Below are positions 45,278 to 54,562 of a stretch of DNA of 64,000 nt, in pieces. Below the pieces are notes generated by a model, which had not been told where the DNA came from, searched no databases, and was given only the letters and a program-made list of their open reading frames with translations. The position numbers and the translations under genes are program-made. Source of the DNA: an uncultured Acidobacteriota bacterium (lineage in GTDB: Bacteria; Acidobacteriota; Thermoanaerobaculia; Multivoradales; UBA5704). The stretch is taken from assembly GCA_963700145.1 (NCBI GenBank), contig OY969474.1, positions 5,216,001 through 5,280,000 of the forward strand, written 5' to 3'. Each line of letters begins with the position of its first letter. The first letter of the stretch is position 1.

Positions 45278-46547
45278 CAGGCTGCTGAAAAACCCCGGTT
45301 CGCGCTACCCTTGCAGGCCATGCGAGGGAAAGCGCGCGAGCAGAGGACGTTGTTGATGGTGGGGTCGTTGGAGGAGCGGATTCCGGCGGCGCATCCGATC
45401 CGGCGGATCAAGGGGCTGGCCGACCGGGCTCTCGGGCAGTTGAGTGAGGTGTTTGCGGTGATGTACGCCGAGACGGGGCGGCCGTCGGTGCCGCCGGAGC
45501 GGCTGCTCAAGGCGCAGCTGCTGATCGCGCTGTTTTCGGTGCGGAGCGACCGGCAGTTTTGCGAGCAGCTCGAGTACAACCTGCTGTTTCGCTGGTTTTT
45601 GGATCTGGAGCTCGACGAGCCGTCGTTTGACGCGAGCACGTTTTCACGCAACCGGGAGCGGCTGATCCGGCACGAGGTGGCCGAGCGGTTTTTGGCGGCG
45701 ATCGTGGCTGAGGCGAGCGTGCAGCGGCTGCTGTCGAGCGAGCACTTCTCGGTGGATGGGACGCTGATCGAGGCCTGGGCGTCGATGAAGAGCTTCCGGC
45801 CCAAGGACGGGCCGCCGGGCGGAGACGCCAACGGCTGGAGCGATTTCACGGGGACGAAGCGGAGCAACGAGACGCACGCCTCGACGACCGACCCGGAAGC
45901 GCGCCTGGCCCGCAAGGGGGATGGGCACGAGGCGAAGCTCTCGTTTTCCGGCCACGCTCTGATGGAGAACCGCAACGGATTGTTGGTGGACTTCGTGGTG
46001 GCCCAGGCCGATGGGTTCGCCGAGCGCCGCGAAGCTCTGGGTCTGCTCGCGCGGCTCGAAGGCTCGCGGCGCAAGACGGTGGGCGCCGATAAGAGCTACG
46101 ACACCAAGGGCTTCGTGGCTGCCTGCCGAGAGCTCGGCGTCACCCCCCACGTCACCCAGAATGCCCACCGGCGCAGGCGCTCGGCAATCGACCGGCGAAC
46201 AACGCGCCGTCCCGGCTACCGGATCAGTCAGGTCGTACGGCGGCGAATCGAGACGATCTTCGGCTGGCTCAAGACCTGCGCAGGGCTGCACCGGACCAGG
46301 GTCCGAGGCGTGGCGAGGACGCAGCTGGCCGCCCGCCTCGCCGCCGCAGCGTACAACCTGCTCCGATTAAGTCGCCTGCTTGTGCCGGCATAGCCCAAAA
46401 AGGTCCTGCCCAGCAAAACCAGCGGCGCTCAAACGCGCCCACAAGGCGCCTGTTGCCCTCCCCTTCCACCCGCGCACGCGACATCGCCCGCTCCCAGATC
46501 GCTGTCAGCCTCGCACCCGCCGTTGAAGGCCGTTTCTCAGCGGCCTG
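45278..46547 (+). mobile_element. IS5-family insertion sequence with CTAG target duplication
   Basis: TIRs CAGGCTGCTGAAAAAC / GTTTCTCAGCGGCCTG; CTAG at 45274-45277 and 46548-46551. Confidence 0.93.
45311..46393 (+). CDS. IS5-family DDE transposase
   Basis: GRPSVPPERLLKA, YNLLFRWF, SVDGTLIEAWAS, GADKSYD, RIETIFGW and AAYNL motifs; start may be ATG 45320. Confidence 0.93.
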   Translation: MQAMRGKAREQRTLLMVGSLEERIPAAHPIRRIKGLADRALGQLSEVFAVMYAETGRPSVPPERLLKAQLLIALFSVRSDRQFCEQLEYNLLFRWFLDLELDEPSFDASTFSRNRERLIRHEVAERFLAAIVAEASVQRLLSSEHFSVDGTLIEAWASMKSFRPKDGPPGGDANGWSDFTGTKRSNETHASTTDPEARLARKGDGHEAKLSFSGHALMENRNGLLVDFVVAQADGFAERREALGLLARLEGSRRKTVGADKSYDTKGFVAACRELGVTPHVTQNAHRRRRSAIDRRTTRRPGYRISQVVRRRIETIFGWLKTCAGLHRTRVRGVARTQLAARLAAAAYNLLRLSRLLVPA

Positions 46548-47265
46548 CTAGAGAGAGCCCATGAGCAGCTTTAAGCAAACCGAGGGGCAGCTCGTAGCCA
46601 TAGAGAGTAGACGTGCCGCTGGGTGCTAGGAATCCATAGGGCAATTGTACGATGGCATATCCTAACGATAGAGCGAAGAGCGAGCGCGACTGCAAGACAC
46701 TTCGATATGCGAAGGCCAGGCGTACAAACAGCAGGGAGGTCACCGCCAATTGGAAGGAATAGGCGATTGATAGCATGGCCCGTGAGTAAGCTAACGTGGG
46801 GATAAATGCGAGGGGAAGAAGAGCGGCAAGGAAGCCGTAGAGGATTCCTTTTTCAGTCGACCATTTCAAGAATCGCTGCCACGTCGAAGTTAGCGACTCG
46901 AGTGGCAATATGAGGCGATCTCTATTCTGCGGCAGTTCTGAAATCTCCAGCTCCAAGCTGGCGCGACGCAACCATATATTTGCAAAGCCGAGGATCAGAG
47001 TTACACCGAAGTGCCATACGAATGTGGTGGGTAGGTACCGAGTGAGACAAGTGGCAGAGGTCTGAGCGCCTGGGTCTGACAGAGGCGCGGCAATAGGCTG
47101 GACGACGTAGTAGACTGAGAGCGCAATCCAAACTCGCATGAACTCAATGAGGTGATTGCGAATCGCCCGATGCTCACCGACGAGACTTCGCTGCTCAGAA
47201 ACGTGCCACAATAGGAAGCTAATGGCCAAACTGAGACCTGCGAGAAGAAAGTATCCCGTCATCAA
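46548..47265 (-). pseudogene. 5' multi-pass membrane part of the IS-interrupted gene
   Basis: Several hydrophobic helices; joins in frame (HGLSL-AALAWAY) across the CTAG duplication. Confidence 0.75.
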
Positions 47266-47953
47266 TAGCTCCCAGTGCAGTGGTGCGCGTCGCCGTGCGG
47301 CTCAGCTCAGATGAAGCTATGCTACCATGCATAGCTGCGATGCTAAAGTAGCTCGTCATCGCATGTATGGGCGGTGAGGTGGTGGCGCCTTTGGTTGGCC
47401 CGCGAAGGCTTGAGTCTTGAACGAGAGCGCTAGGAGATAAGGCGACCCTCCTCGGCGCGCTTCGCGTGGACCTCCGACCGCGGGATATTCTCGGGTTCGC
47501 CTACAGATCCGAAGGCTGGCCGCGAGGAGGTAGATGCTCCCGTACCTGGGAGGTCTCTTCACGACTCTGTGTCCCGATCGCGCTGAGCCGAAGAGGTTGG
47601 CGTAGTGAAGTTCAGCCCATCTTCGGCGCCTTTCCCCACGCCGTCAGTGCAGAGCGAAGAGCATCCCGTCCATGCAGCTTGCGCGACACGCCCCTCGATC
47701 TCCCTCGCCGGTGCATCGTCTCGCCTTGCTGATCTGGAGCCCGACTTCGACGATCAGAGCTCCTGGCCGCAGTCCACACGCGGCGCGCGCGGCTCGAGCG
47801 CCGCCGGTGGGCGGTCTTCGAGCCTGCGGAACTCGACCTGGAGGTATCAGCGCAAGTTTGGCTGAGTGGAGCTTTCCGTCGGCAGTCGATTAGGCTCTCA
47901 CGTGACGTCCGACGCGCGCACTGAAGAGATGCTTGGCCCAGGTTTCCGATCAC

Positions 47954-48055
47954 CGATTTCCATACTTTGTCCGGTATCGGGGTGCTCAGAGACTCCGTGG
48001 TGGTGCTGGCCTGTGTCCACGGCAGGCGCGGATTCTCGTCGGGTCCGGGCCCGCT
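47954..48055 (+). pseudogene. RelE/ParE toxin C-terminal remnant
   Basis: RFPYFVRYR, then after a frameshift VVVLACVHGRR. Confidence 0.6.
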
Positions 48056-48083
48056 TGCGGCAGGCCAGTAGCGCGGTCCTCGG

Positions 48084-49226
48084 CTACTTCCCCTCCTCCA
48101 GCTCCATCTTCAGCGCGAAGAACTTGAGGAGGTCTTTTAGGGAGAGGATCCCGAGCAGCCTGTCGCCGTCCACAACGAGCAGGCGCGAAGCGCCGGTGCG
48201 GCTCATGCGGGAGAGGGCGCGGATGGCGTCGGTGCCGGCGGGGACGGTGTTCTCGGCGTCGCAGCGGTCGGCGATGGCGCCGACGGTCTGGCGCTGCCAC
48301 TCCTCGCGCGGCAGCTCCTTGATCCGCCGCGTCGTGATGCACCCGGTCAGCCGCCCCGCCTCGTCGACCACCGGGTAGAACTTGAAGTGGTGGCGGTAGA
48401 CGTAGTCGTCCACCAGCTCCTGCACCGAGATCTGGCGCGGCACCGTCACCGGGTCGGGGTGCATGAAGCGCTCGACCGGCTCGCCTTCGAGCGCCCGGCG
48501 CAGGAGGAGCTGCTGGTAGGACATGCGCGCCGCGTTGCGCAGGAACATGCCGATCAGGAACGACCAGACGCCGCCGAAGATCTCGCCCTGGAGGACCTGC
48601 CAGACGCCCCAGGCGATGAGTGCGAAGCCGAAGGCCGAGCCGATCGCCGAGGAGATCCGCGTCGCCTGCCGCAGGCTGCCCTTCCAAGCCCAGAGGGCCG
48701 AGCGCAGCACCCGGCCGCCGTCGAGCGGGAAGGCGGGGATCAGGTTGAAGGCGACCAGGACGCCGTTGATCAGGCCGAGGTAGCCGACGACAGCGACGAC
48801 GGGCGCCGGCCAGCCGGCGGCGCGGCCGAGGAGCGCCACGCCGCCGCCCGCGAGCGCCAGCGCCACCGACACCACCGGCCCCGCGATCGCCACCAGGAAC
48901 TCCACCTTCGGCGTGCGCGGCTCCTCCGCCATCTCGGCGACGCCGCCGAAGAGGAAGAGGGTGATGCCGCGCATCCGCACGCCGAGCCGCTGCGCGGTCA
49001 CCGCGTGCCCGAGCTCGTGGAGGAGGACCGAGGCGAAGAGGCCGAGCGCTCCCGCTGCCCCCATCGTCCAGGCGAGCACCGGCGACAGGCCGGGGACGAG
49101 CGTCGGGAAGGCGCGGGTCGCCAGCGACCAGGTGACGAGCAGAAAGACGACGAACCAGGAGAGGTCGAGCCGGATCGGGATGCCGAAGGCCCGGAAGAGC
49201 TCCAGCCGGCGGGTGAAGAGGCTCAC
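48084..49226 (-). CDS. site-2 protease (M50) with CBS domains
   Basis: HELGH, FNLIPAFPLDGGR and a C-terminal CBS pair. Confidence 0.93.
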   Translation of the reverse strand: MSLFTRRLELFRAFGIPIRLDLSWFVVFLLVTWSLATRAFPTLVPGLSPVLAWTMGAAGALGLFASVLLHELGHAVTAQRLGVRMRGITLFLFGGVAEMAEEPRTPKVEFLVAIAGPVVSVALALAGGGVALLGRAAGWPAPVVAVVGYLGLINGVLVAFNLIPAFPLDGGRVLRSALWAWKGSLRQATRISSAIGSAFGFALIAWGVWQVLQGEIFGGVWSFLIGMFLRNAARMSYQQLLLRRALEGEPVERFMHPDPVTVPRQISVQELVDDYVYRHHFKFYPVVDEAGRLTGCITTRRIKELPREEWQRQTVGAIADRCDAENTVPAGTDAIRALSRMSRTGASRLLVVDGDRLLGILSLKDLLKFFALKMELEEGK

Positions 49227-50215
49227 GCCTCTGCCGCCTGCGAGAAGCGTTCCCGCACCCGCAGCCGCCAGACCTCGAAGGCCGGCAGCGCGCCGTCGGG
49301 CGGCAGGTCGCGCCCGGCGGCGGCGACCTCGGCGGCGGCCTCGGCGGCGGTGGCGCGGCAGAAGACGCGGCAGGCGAGGTCGGTCTGCGGCGCCTCCTCG
49401 CCGGAGCGGCGGCGCGACTCGGCGGCGAAGGCGGCGCCCTGGGCGAGGTACGGCGCCTGCTCGCCAGCGAGGCGCGCCAGCTCGCGCAACGCCGCCTCCT
49501 CGCGCCGGCCGGCGTAGGCGCAGGCCAATCCCACGCCGCTCCAGAGGTCCTCGCGGCGCGCCGGCTCGAAGGTGGCGATGCGGCGGGCGATGCGCTCCGG
49601 CTCGGTCGCCTCGACGAACCAGAGGCTCCGCCCCACCCCCTGGTCGAAGGCGCGGCGGGCGTAGCCGGCCAGCCGCCGCGGCACGGCGCGCCCCTCGACG
49701 GTGCGCCGGCTGGCGAAGAGCCCTTCGTGGAAGCCCCAGCCGTCGTAGCCGAGCCAGCGCAGGACGGGGTCGAGGCGGGCGACGATGCGGCCGCCGAGGT
49801 GGGGCAGCCGGGCGATCGCCCAGCCGGCGCCGATGTGGACGATGTAGGCGTGGTCGGCGCCGGGGCCGCGGAGGAAGCGCCCCAGGCGGTCGGCGCGCCA
49901 GGGGGTGATGGCGTCGAGGGCGGCGAGGCCGGTGCCGGCGCCCTCGTAGGCGAAGCTGCGCAGCTCGGGCGGCGCGCGCTCGAGGCGGGCGCGGAGCGCC
50001 GCGCCGTCCTCCTCGATCGCCGCCAGGTACCCCTCGAAGTAGGTCTCGGCGAGGTGCTCGATCCGCTCGCGCAGCGCCGGAGTGGCGTAGCGGAAGGTGT
50101 GCAGGGCGGCTGCGGCCTCCTCGACGGCGAGGCGGAGGAGCCGCCGCATCGCCCAGCCGCGGAGGCCGCCGGCGCGGCTGGTCGCGAGGTGGGGCGCCGG
50201 GAGGACGACGCTCAC
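49223..50215 (-). CDS. DUF1702 (UnbL-like) family protein
   Basis: FAYEGAG, HIGAGWA, DGWGFH, DQGVGRSLWF and DLWSGVGLACAYAG motifs. Confidence 0.8.
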   Translation of the reverse strand: MSVVLPAPHLATSRAGGLRGWAMRRLLRLAVEEAAAALHTFRYATPALRERIEHLAETYFEGYLAAIEEDGAALRARLERAPPELRSFAYEGAGTGLAALDAITPWRADRLGRFLRGPGADHAYIVHIGAGWAIARLPHLGGRIVARLDPVLRWLGYDGWGFHEGLFASRRTVEGRAVPRRLAGYARRAFDQGVGRSLWFVEATEPERIARRIATFEPARREDLWSGVGLACAYAGRREEAALRELARLAGEQAPYLAQGAAFAAESRRRSGEEAPQTDLACRVFCRATAAEAAAEVAAAGRDLPPDGALPAFEVWRLRVRERFSQAAEA

Positions 50216-50946
50216 GGCGCCGGCTCGGCGAGCGGCGGGCAGGTCGCGTCGCGCCGCCGCTCCAGGTCCTCGACGACCGCCCGCTTGAAGCCTTCGGGGC
50301 CTGCAGTCTGAATCAGCGCCTCGCGGTAGGTGTCGAGGTCGAGCGCCTCCAGGCGCATGCGGACGGTCTTGAAGAGGCGCGGCCAGCGCTCGCCCGGCGC
50401 CTGGATGTGGTGGAGGCCGCCGCTGTAGGCGAGCACCAGGCGGCCGCCGCCGATCGACTCGAGGATGTCGGCGACGCCGCCGCGCACGGTCATCGGCTGG
50501 CCTTCGACGTCGAGGCCGGTCGAGCGCTTCATGCGCCCCTCGGGGAGGATGATGACCATGGCGTCGGGGTCGATCCTGTCCAGCACCTCGTCCCAGGTCT
50601 CGTCGCGCCGCCGGGTGATCGAGATGACCTGCGCCGCGATCAGCTTGAAGAAGCCGCCGACCAGGAGCCGCCCGGCGGTCTTGTCGGCGATCGGCACCAC
50701 CCCGTGGCGGGCGATCCGCCAGAGGAAGTGGAGCGGGCAGCCGCCGGCGAAGAGCGGCTCGTAGAGGCTGGTGTGGTTGAGCACGGCCGCGAGCCGGATG
50801 TGGCGCCAGGGGTCGGGCGGGACCTCGCCGATCCACTTCATGTCGATGCGGTAGAAGAGGCGCGCGACGAGCTTGACCGTTACGAGCAGCAGGAAGACGA
50901 GGTAGGGGCGCAGCCTGCCGAAGAGGGGGGACCCGGGGCTGGTCAC
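50212..50946 (-). CDS. PlsC-like acyltransferase
   Basis: NHTSLYE and ILPEG motifs; N-terminal TM helix; start uncertain. Confidence 0.75.
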   Translation of the reverse strand: MTSPGSPLFGRLRPYLVFLLLVTVKLVARLFYRIDMKWIGEVPPDPWRHIRLAAVLNHTSLYEPLFAGGCPLHFLWRIARHGVVPIADKTAGRLLVGGFFKLIAAQVISITRRRDETWDEVLDRIDPDAMVIILPEGRMKRSTGLDVEGQPMTVRGGVADILESIGGGRLVLAYSGGLHHIQAPGERWPRLFKTVRMRLEALDLDTYREALIQTAGPEGFKRAVVEDLERRRDATCPPLAEPAP

Positions 50947-50986
50947 GGAGGGGCGAAGGATATCCTTGATACCATCCCGCCGTCGC

Positions 50987-51886
50987 ATGGCGACCCCCCC
51001 TCAGGCCCCCGGCCCGACCCGCCCCGCCGTCTCCGCGATCGTCACCACCTTCAACGAGGAGCAGCACATCGCGGGGTGCCTGGAGTCGCTCGCCTGGTGC
51101 GACGAGGTGCTGGTCGTCGACTCCTTCTCGACCGACCGCACGCCCGAGATCGTGCGCGGCTTCGCCAACGCCCGCTGCGTTCAGCGCACTTACTTCGGCT
51201 CGGCCTCGCAGAAGAACTGGGCGATGGACCAGGTGGCGCACGCCTGGATCCTGATCTTCGACGCCGACGAGCGCTGCACGCCGGCGCTGCGGCGCGAGAT
51301 CGAGGAGCTCCTCGCCGCCGGCCCCAGCCACCACGCCTACACCATCCGCCGGCGCGTCTACTTCCTGGGCAAGGTGATCCGCTTCTCCGGCTGGCAGCAC
51401 GACCAGGTGGTGCGGCTGGTGCGCCGCGGCACGGCGCGCTACCCCAACCGCCGGGTGCACGCCGACATGATCACCCAGGGCCCCGCGCCGCGGCTGCGCC
51501 ACCCGATGGAGCACTACATGACCGACAGCCTGGACGACTACGTCCGGCGAATCGAGAAGTACAGCTTCTGGGGCGCGGCGCAGAACTGGAAGGAGGGCAA
51601 GCGCTCCGGCGCCGTCGAGGTCTTCGGGCGCTCGGCCTGGCGCTTCCTGCGCACCTACGTCTTCCAGCTCGGGATCCTCGACGGCCTGCACGGCTTGGTC
51701 TTCTGCATGCTCCAGGCGTACGGCAGCTACCTCAAGTGGGCGCTCCTCTGGGGCTGGCACGTCAACGCCCGCCGCGGCCGCCAGCCCGACCTGCCGATCT
51801 TCGACGACGACGAGACCACCTGGCGCGACCTGCCGCCCGAGGCCGCGGGCGCGGCGGCGGCCGCCGCCGATCCCGGACCAGGCTAG
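50987..51886 (+). CDS. family 2 glycosyltransferase (LPS beta-glucosyltransferase-like)
   Basis: TFNEE, VVDSFSTDRT, FDADE, VH and GILDG motifs. Confidence 0.9.
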   Translation: MATPPQAPGPTRPAVSAIVTTFNEEQHIAGCLESLAWCDEVLVVDSFSTDRTPEIVRGFANARCVQRTYFGSASQKNWAMDQVAHAWILIFDADERCTPALRREIEELLAAGPSHHAYTIRRRVYFLGKVIRFSGWQHDQVVRLVRRGTARYPNRRVHADMITQGPAPRLRHPMEHYMTDSLDDYVRRIEKYSFWGAAQNWKEGKRSGAVEVFGRSAWRFLRTYVFQLGILDGLHGLVFCMLQAYGSYLKWALLWGWHVNARRGRQPDLPIFDDDETTWRDLPPEAAGAAAAAADPGPG

Positions 51887-51903
51887 GCACCCCCGGAGCG
51901 CAC

Positions 51904-53346
51904 GTGCGAGCGATCACCCCCGAGCTGATCGAGACGCTGGTCCGCGGCTTCTCCCACGGCGCCGAGACCCACTACGACCCGCGCCGCGAGATCGGCACCC
52001 AGCGCGAGAGCTTCGACGGCCTCGGGTTCGGCTGGCTCTACATCGCCCTGGCGCAGATCCTGGAGGCGCGGCGGATCCTGGTCATCGGCTCGGGGCGGGG
52101 CTTCGTCGTGGCCTGCTTCGCGCTGGCGGTCGAGGACCGGCCGGAGGCCAGGGTCTGGCTCGTCGACCCCGGGTTCGCGGAGTGGCCGGTCGAGGGGGGT
52201 GTCGTCGACTCGGCGCCCGGCCTGTGGAGCGACCCGGAGCGGGCCCGCGAGCACTTCCGCCGCCACCTCGGTCTCGAGCGGATCGAGCTCGTCCCGCGCC
52301 GCTCGGACGAGGCCTTCGACGAGTTCCGCCGCGACGGGTCGACCTTCGATCTCATCCTGATCGACGGCGACCACGGCTACGAGCAGGTGCTGCGCGACCT
52401 CGAGAACGCCCTGCGCTGCCTGACGCCCGAGGGCGTCGTCCTGATGCACGACACCGCCTGCCCGCAGTGGTCGGGGCCGCCCCTCGCCCTGCGCCAGTGC
52501 CTCGGCGCGCATCCGGAGCTCGAGTCGGTCACGCTGTCGTCCTTCCCCGGCCTGTCGCTGGTCCGGCGCGCCTCCTGGCCGCTCGAGATCCGCCACGCGA
52601 CGGCCGAGGAGAACGAGCGGATCAACGTCTGGCGGGCCGCGGACGACGTCACCGAGCGCCCCCTCCCCGACGGCGACGACCCGCGTCCCGGCGAGGTCTG
52701 CGCCGACCCGCGCGAGGGCCTCTACGCGGTCCTCGAGCAGGGCGAGCTGATCGGCGGCTTCGGCATCCGCCGCCGGCGGTTCGGCGGCGGCGGCCCCGAC
52801 GACTTCTTCCCCTCCTCGCCCGCGCACGCCGCGGGTTTCCTGCGCTACGGCACGGTGCTCCGCCCCGACCTGCGCGGGCGCGGCCGCTGGCATCTGGTGG
52901 CGACCTGGGCGGCGGCGCTCTTCCGCGACGAAGGCATGTACCTGTTGACGAGCCATCCGCGCCGGGAGCGGCGGAGCGCGCCCTACGAGGTCCACGTCGT
53001 CGGGGAGATGGGGCCGTTCACCGCCTACTGGGAGCGCCTGCCGCCGGAGACGCCCTTCGCGCTCGGGCTGGACCGCCAGGTCGAGCGCCTCCGCGCCGAG
53101 CGCGACCGCGCGCGGAGCGAGGCCTCCTCCCAGTCCCGGAGCCTGGCGCTGACGCAGCGGAGCTTGGCGGCCGTGCAGCGCGACCTGGCGGTCACGCAGC
53201 GGGACCGGGAGATCGTGCAGCGGGACCTGGACGCCGCGCGGCGGGACCTCGCCCGCCTCCGCGGCTCGACGAGCTGGCGCCTGACCGCCCCCCTGCGCGC
53301 TGCGATGGATCGGCTCCGCGGGCGCGTTCCGGCCGGGCGGTCATGA
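51904..53346 (+). CDS. class I SAM methyltransferase with GNAT-like segment and C-terminal coiled coil
   Basis: VIGSGRG, DLILIDGDHGYE, MHD; LRPDLRGRG; heptad repeats ending STSWRLTAPLR. Confidence 0.72.
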   Translation: MRAITPELIETLVRGFSHGAETHYDPRREIGTQRESFDGLGFGWLYIALAQILEARRILVIGSGRGFVVACFALAVEDRPEARVWLVDPGFAEWPVEGGVVDSAPGLWSDPERAREHFRRHLGLERIELVPRRSDEAFDEFRRDGSTFDLILIDGDHGYEQVLRDLENALRCLTPEGVVLMHDTACPQWSGPPLALRQCLGAHPELESVTLSSFPGLSLVRRASWPLEIRHATAEENERINVWRAADDVTERPLPDGDDPRPGEVCADPREGLYAVLEQGELIGGFGIRRRRFGGGGPDDFFPSSPAHAAGFLRYGTVLRPDLRGRGRWHLVATWAAALFRDEGMYLLTSHPRRERRSAPYEVHVVGEMGPFTAYWERLPPETPFALGLDRQVERLRAERDRARSEASSQSRSLALTQRSLAAVQRDLAVTQRDREIVQRDLDAARRDLARLRGSTSWRLTAPLRAAMDRLRGRVPAGRS

Positions 53347-54533
53347 GCGGCGCGCTCGACCCCGTGGACCTCCTGGCGCGGCTGCGCGCGCGGCAGGGGG
53401 AAATGGTGGAGCTGCTGCGGCGGCTGGCGGCGGCCGAGAGCCCGTCGCACGTGCCGGCGGCGCAGGAGCCGGTCTTCGCTCTCCTCGAGGAGGCGCTGGC
53501 GCCGGCCGGCTACCGCGTGCGGCGCCTCCCCGGGAAGGCCTCGGGCGGCCAGCTCTACGCCTCGCCGGTCCGCCGCCCGCGCGCCCGCCGCGCCCAGCTC
53601 CTCCTCGGCCACTGCGACACCGTCTGGCCGCTCGGCAGCCTCGCCACGATGCCGGTGGCGCTCGCCGACGGCCGCCTCACCGGCCCCGGTGTCTACGACA
53701 TGAAGGCCGGCCTGGTGCAGGGGGTCTTCGCGCTCCGCGCTCTCGCCGAGCAGGGGCTCGAGCCGCCGCTCGCGCCCGTCCTCTTCGTCAGCTCCGACGA
53801 GGAGGTGGGGAGCGAGGAGTCCACCGCCCGCATCGAGCGGCTGGCCCATCGGGTGGCGCGGGTCTTCGTGCTCGAGCCGTCGCTCGAGCCCGGGGGGCGC
53901 CTCAAGACCGAGCGCAAGGGGAACGCCCGCTTCACCGTCACCGCGCACGGCAAAGCCGCCCACGCCGGCCTCGAGCCGGAGAAGGGGGCGAGCGCCGTCC
54001 TCGAGCTGGCGCACCAGGTGATCCGGCTCCACGCCCTCGGCGACCCGGCGAAGGGGACGACCGTGACGGTCGGGATCTTCGAAGGCGGAATCCGCCGCAA
54101 CGTCGTGCCGCCGGAGGCCAAGGCGGTGGTGGACGTGCGGATGCTGCGGCTCGCCGACTTCGCGGCGCTGGAGCGGGCGATCCGCGGGCTCGTGCCGGCG
54201 ATCCCCGGGACGCGGCTGGAGGTCGAAGGCGGGATCGACCGGCCGCCGCTCGAGCGGACGGCCGGGAACCGCGTCCTCTGGCGGCAGGCACAGGCGGTGG
54301 CGGCGCGGCTGGGGCTCGATCTCCAGGAGGGCACCGCCGGCGGCGCCTCGGACGGCAACACGACGAGCGCCTTCGCGCCGACGCTCGACGGCCTCGGCCC
54401 GGTCGGCGACGGCGCCCACGCCGCGCACGAGTTCGTCTGGGTGGACCGCATGCCGGAGCGCGCGGCGCTGCTGGCGGGGCTGATGATGGAGCCGGAGGCG
54501 CCGGCATCCTCAGCGGCGCCTACGTCATCCTGA
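53343..54533 (+). CDS. M20 family metallopeptidase (carboxypeptidase G2-like)
   Basis: GHCDTV, GPGVYDMKAG, DEEVGS, GGASDG and GAHA motifs. Confidence 0.92.
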   Translation: MSGALDPVDLLARLRARQGEMVELLRRLAAAESPSHVPAAQEPVFALLEEALAPAGYRVRRLPGKASGGQLYASPVRRPRARRAQLLLGHCDTVWPLGSLATMPVALADGRLTGPGVYDMKAGLVQGVFALRALAEQGLEPPLAPVLFVSSDEEVGSEESTARIERLAHRVARVFVLEPSLEPGGRLKTERKGNARFTVTAHGKAAHAGLEPEKGASAVLELAHQVIRLHALGDPAKGTTVTVGIFEGGIRRNVVPPEAKAVVDVRMLRLADFAALERAIRGLVPAIPGTRLEVEGGIDRPPLERTAGNRVLWRQAQAVAARLGLDLQEGTAGGASDGNTTSAFAPTLDGLGPVGDGAHAAHEFVWVDRMPERAALLAGLMMEPEAPASSAAPTSS

Positions 54534-54558
54534 GCGTAGCGAAGGATCTGGGTGGGGG
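54524..54558 (+). repeat. REP-like family A, copy 5
   Basis: GTCATCCTGAGCGTAGCGAAGGATCTGGGTGGGGG; contains the M20 gene stop. Confidence 0.85.
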
Positions 54559-54562
54559 CCGG

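Noticed and set aside
47270-47950. Short ORFs and attC-like fragments (GCTCAGCT / GCTGAGC) in this interval and near 42000
   Set aside because: No complementary RYYYAAC/GTTRRRY pair and no recognisable protein motif; treated as decayed sequence.
33934-48084. Prophage, ICE or complete integron
   Set aside because: No integrase, intI, phage structural, replication or conjugation genes, and no tRNA attachment site.
50407-51903. N-terminal extensions of track ORFs (979 aa at 50407, 1098 aa at 21162, 802 aa at 58803, 767 aa pyrG)
   Set aside because: The extensions overlap other well-supported genes; true starts were reassigned using SD sequences, stop-start overlaps and motif onset.
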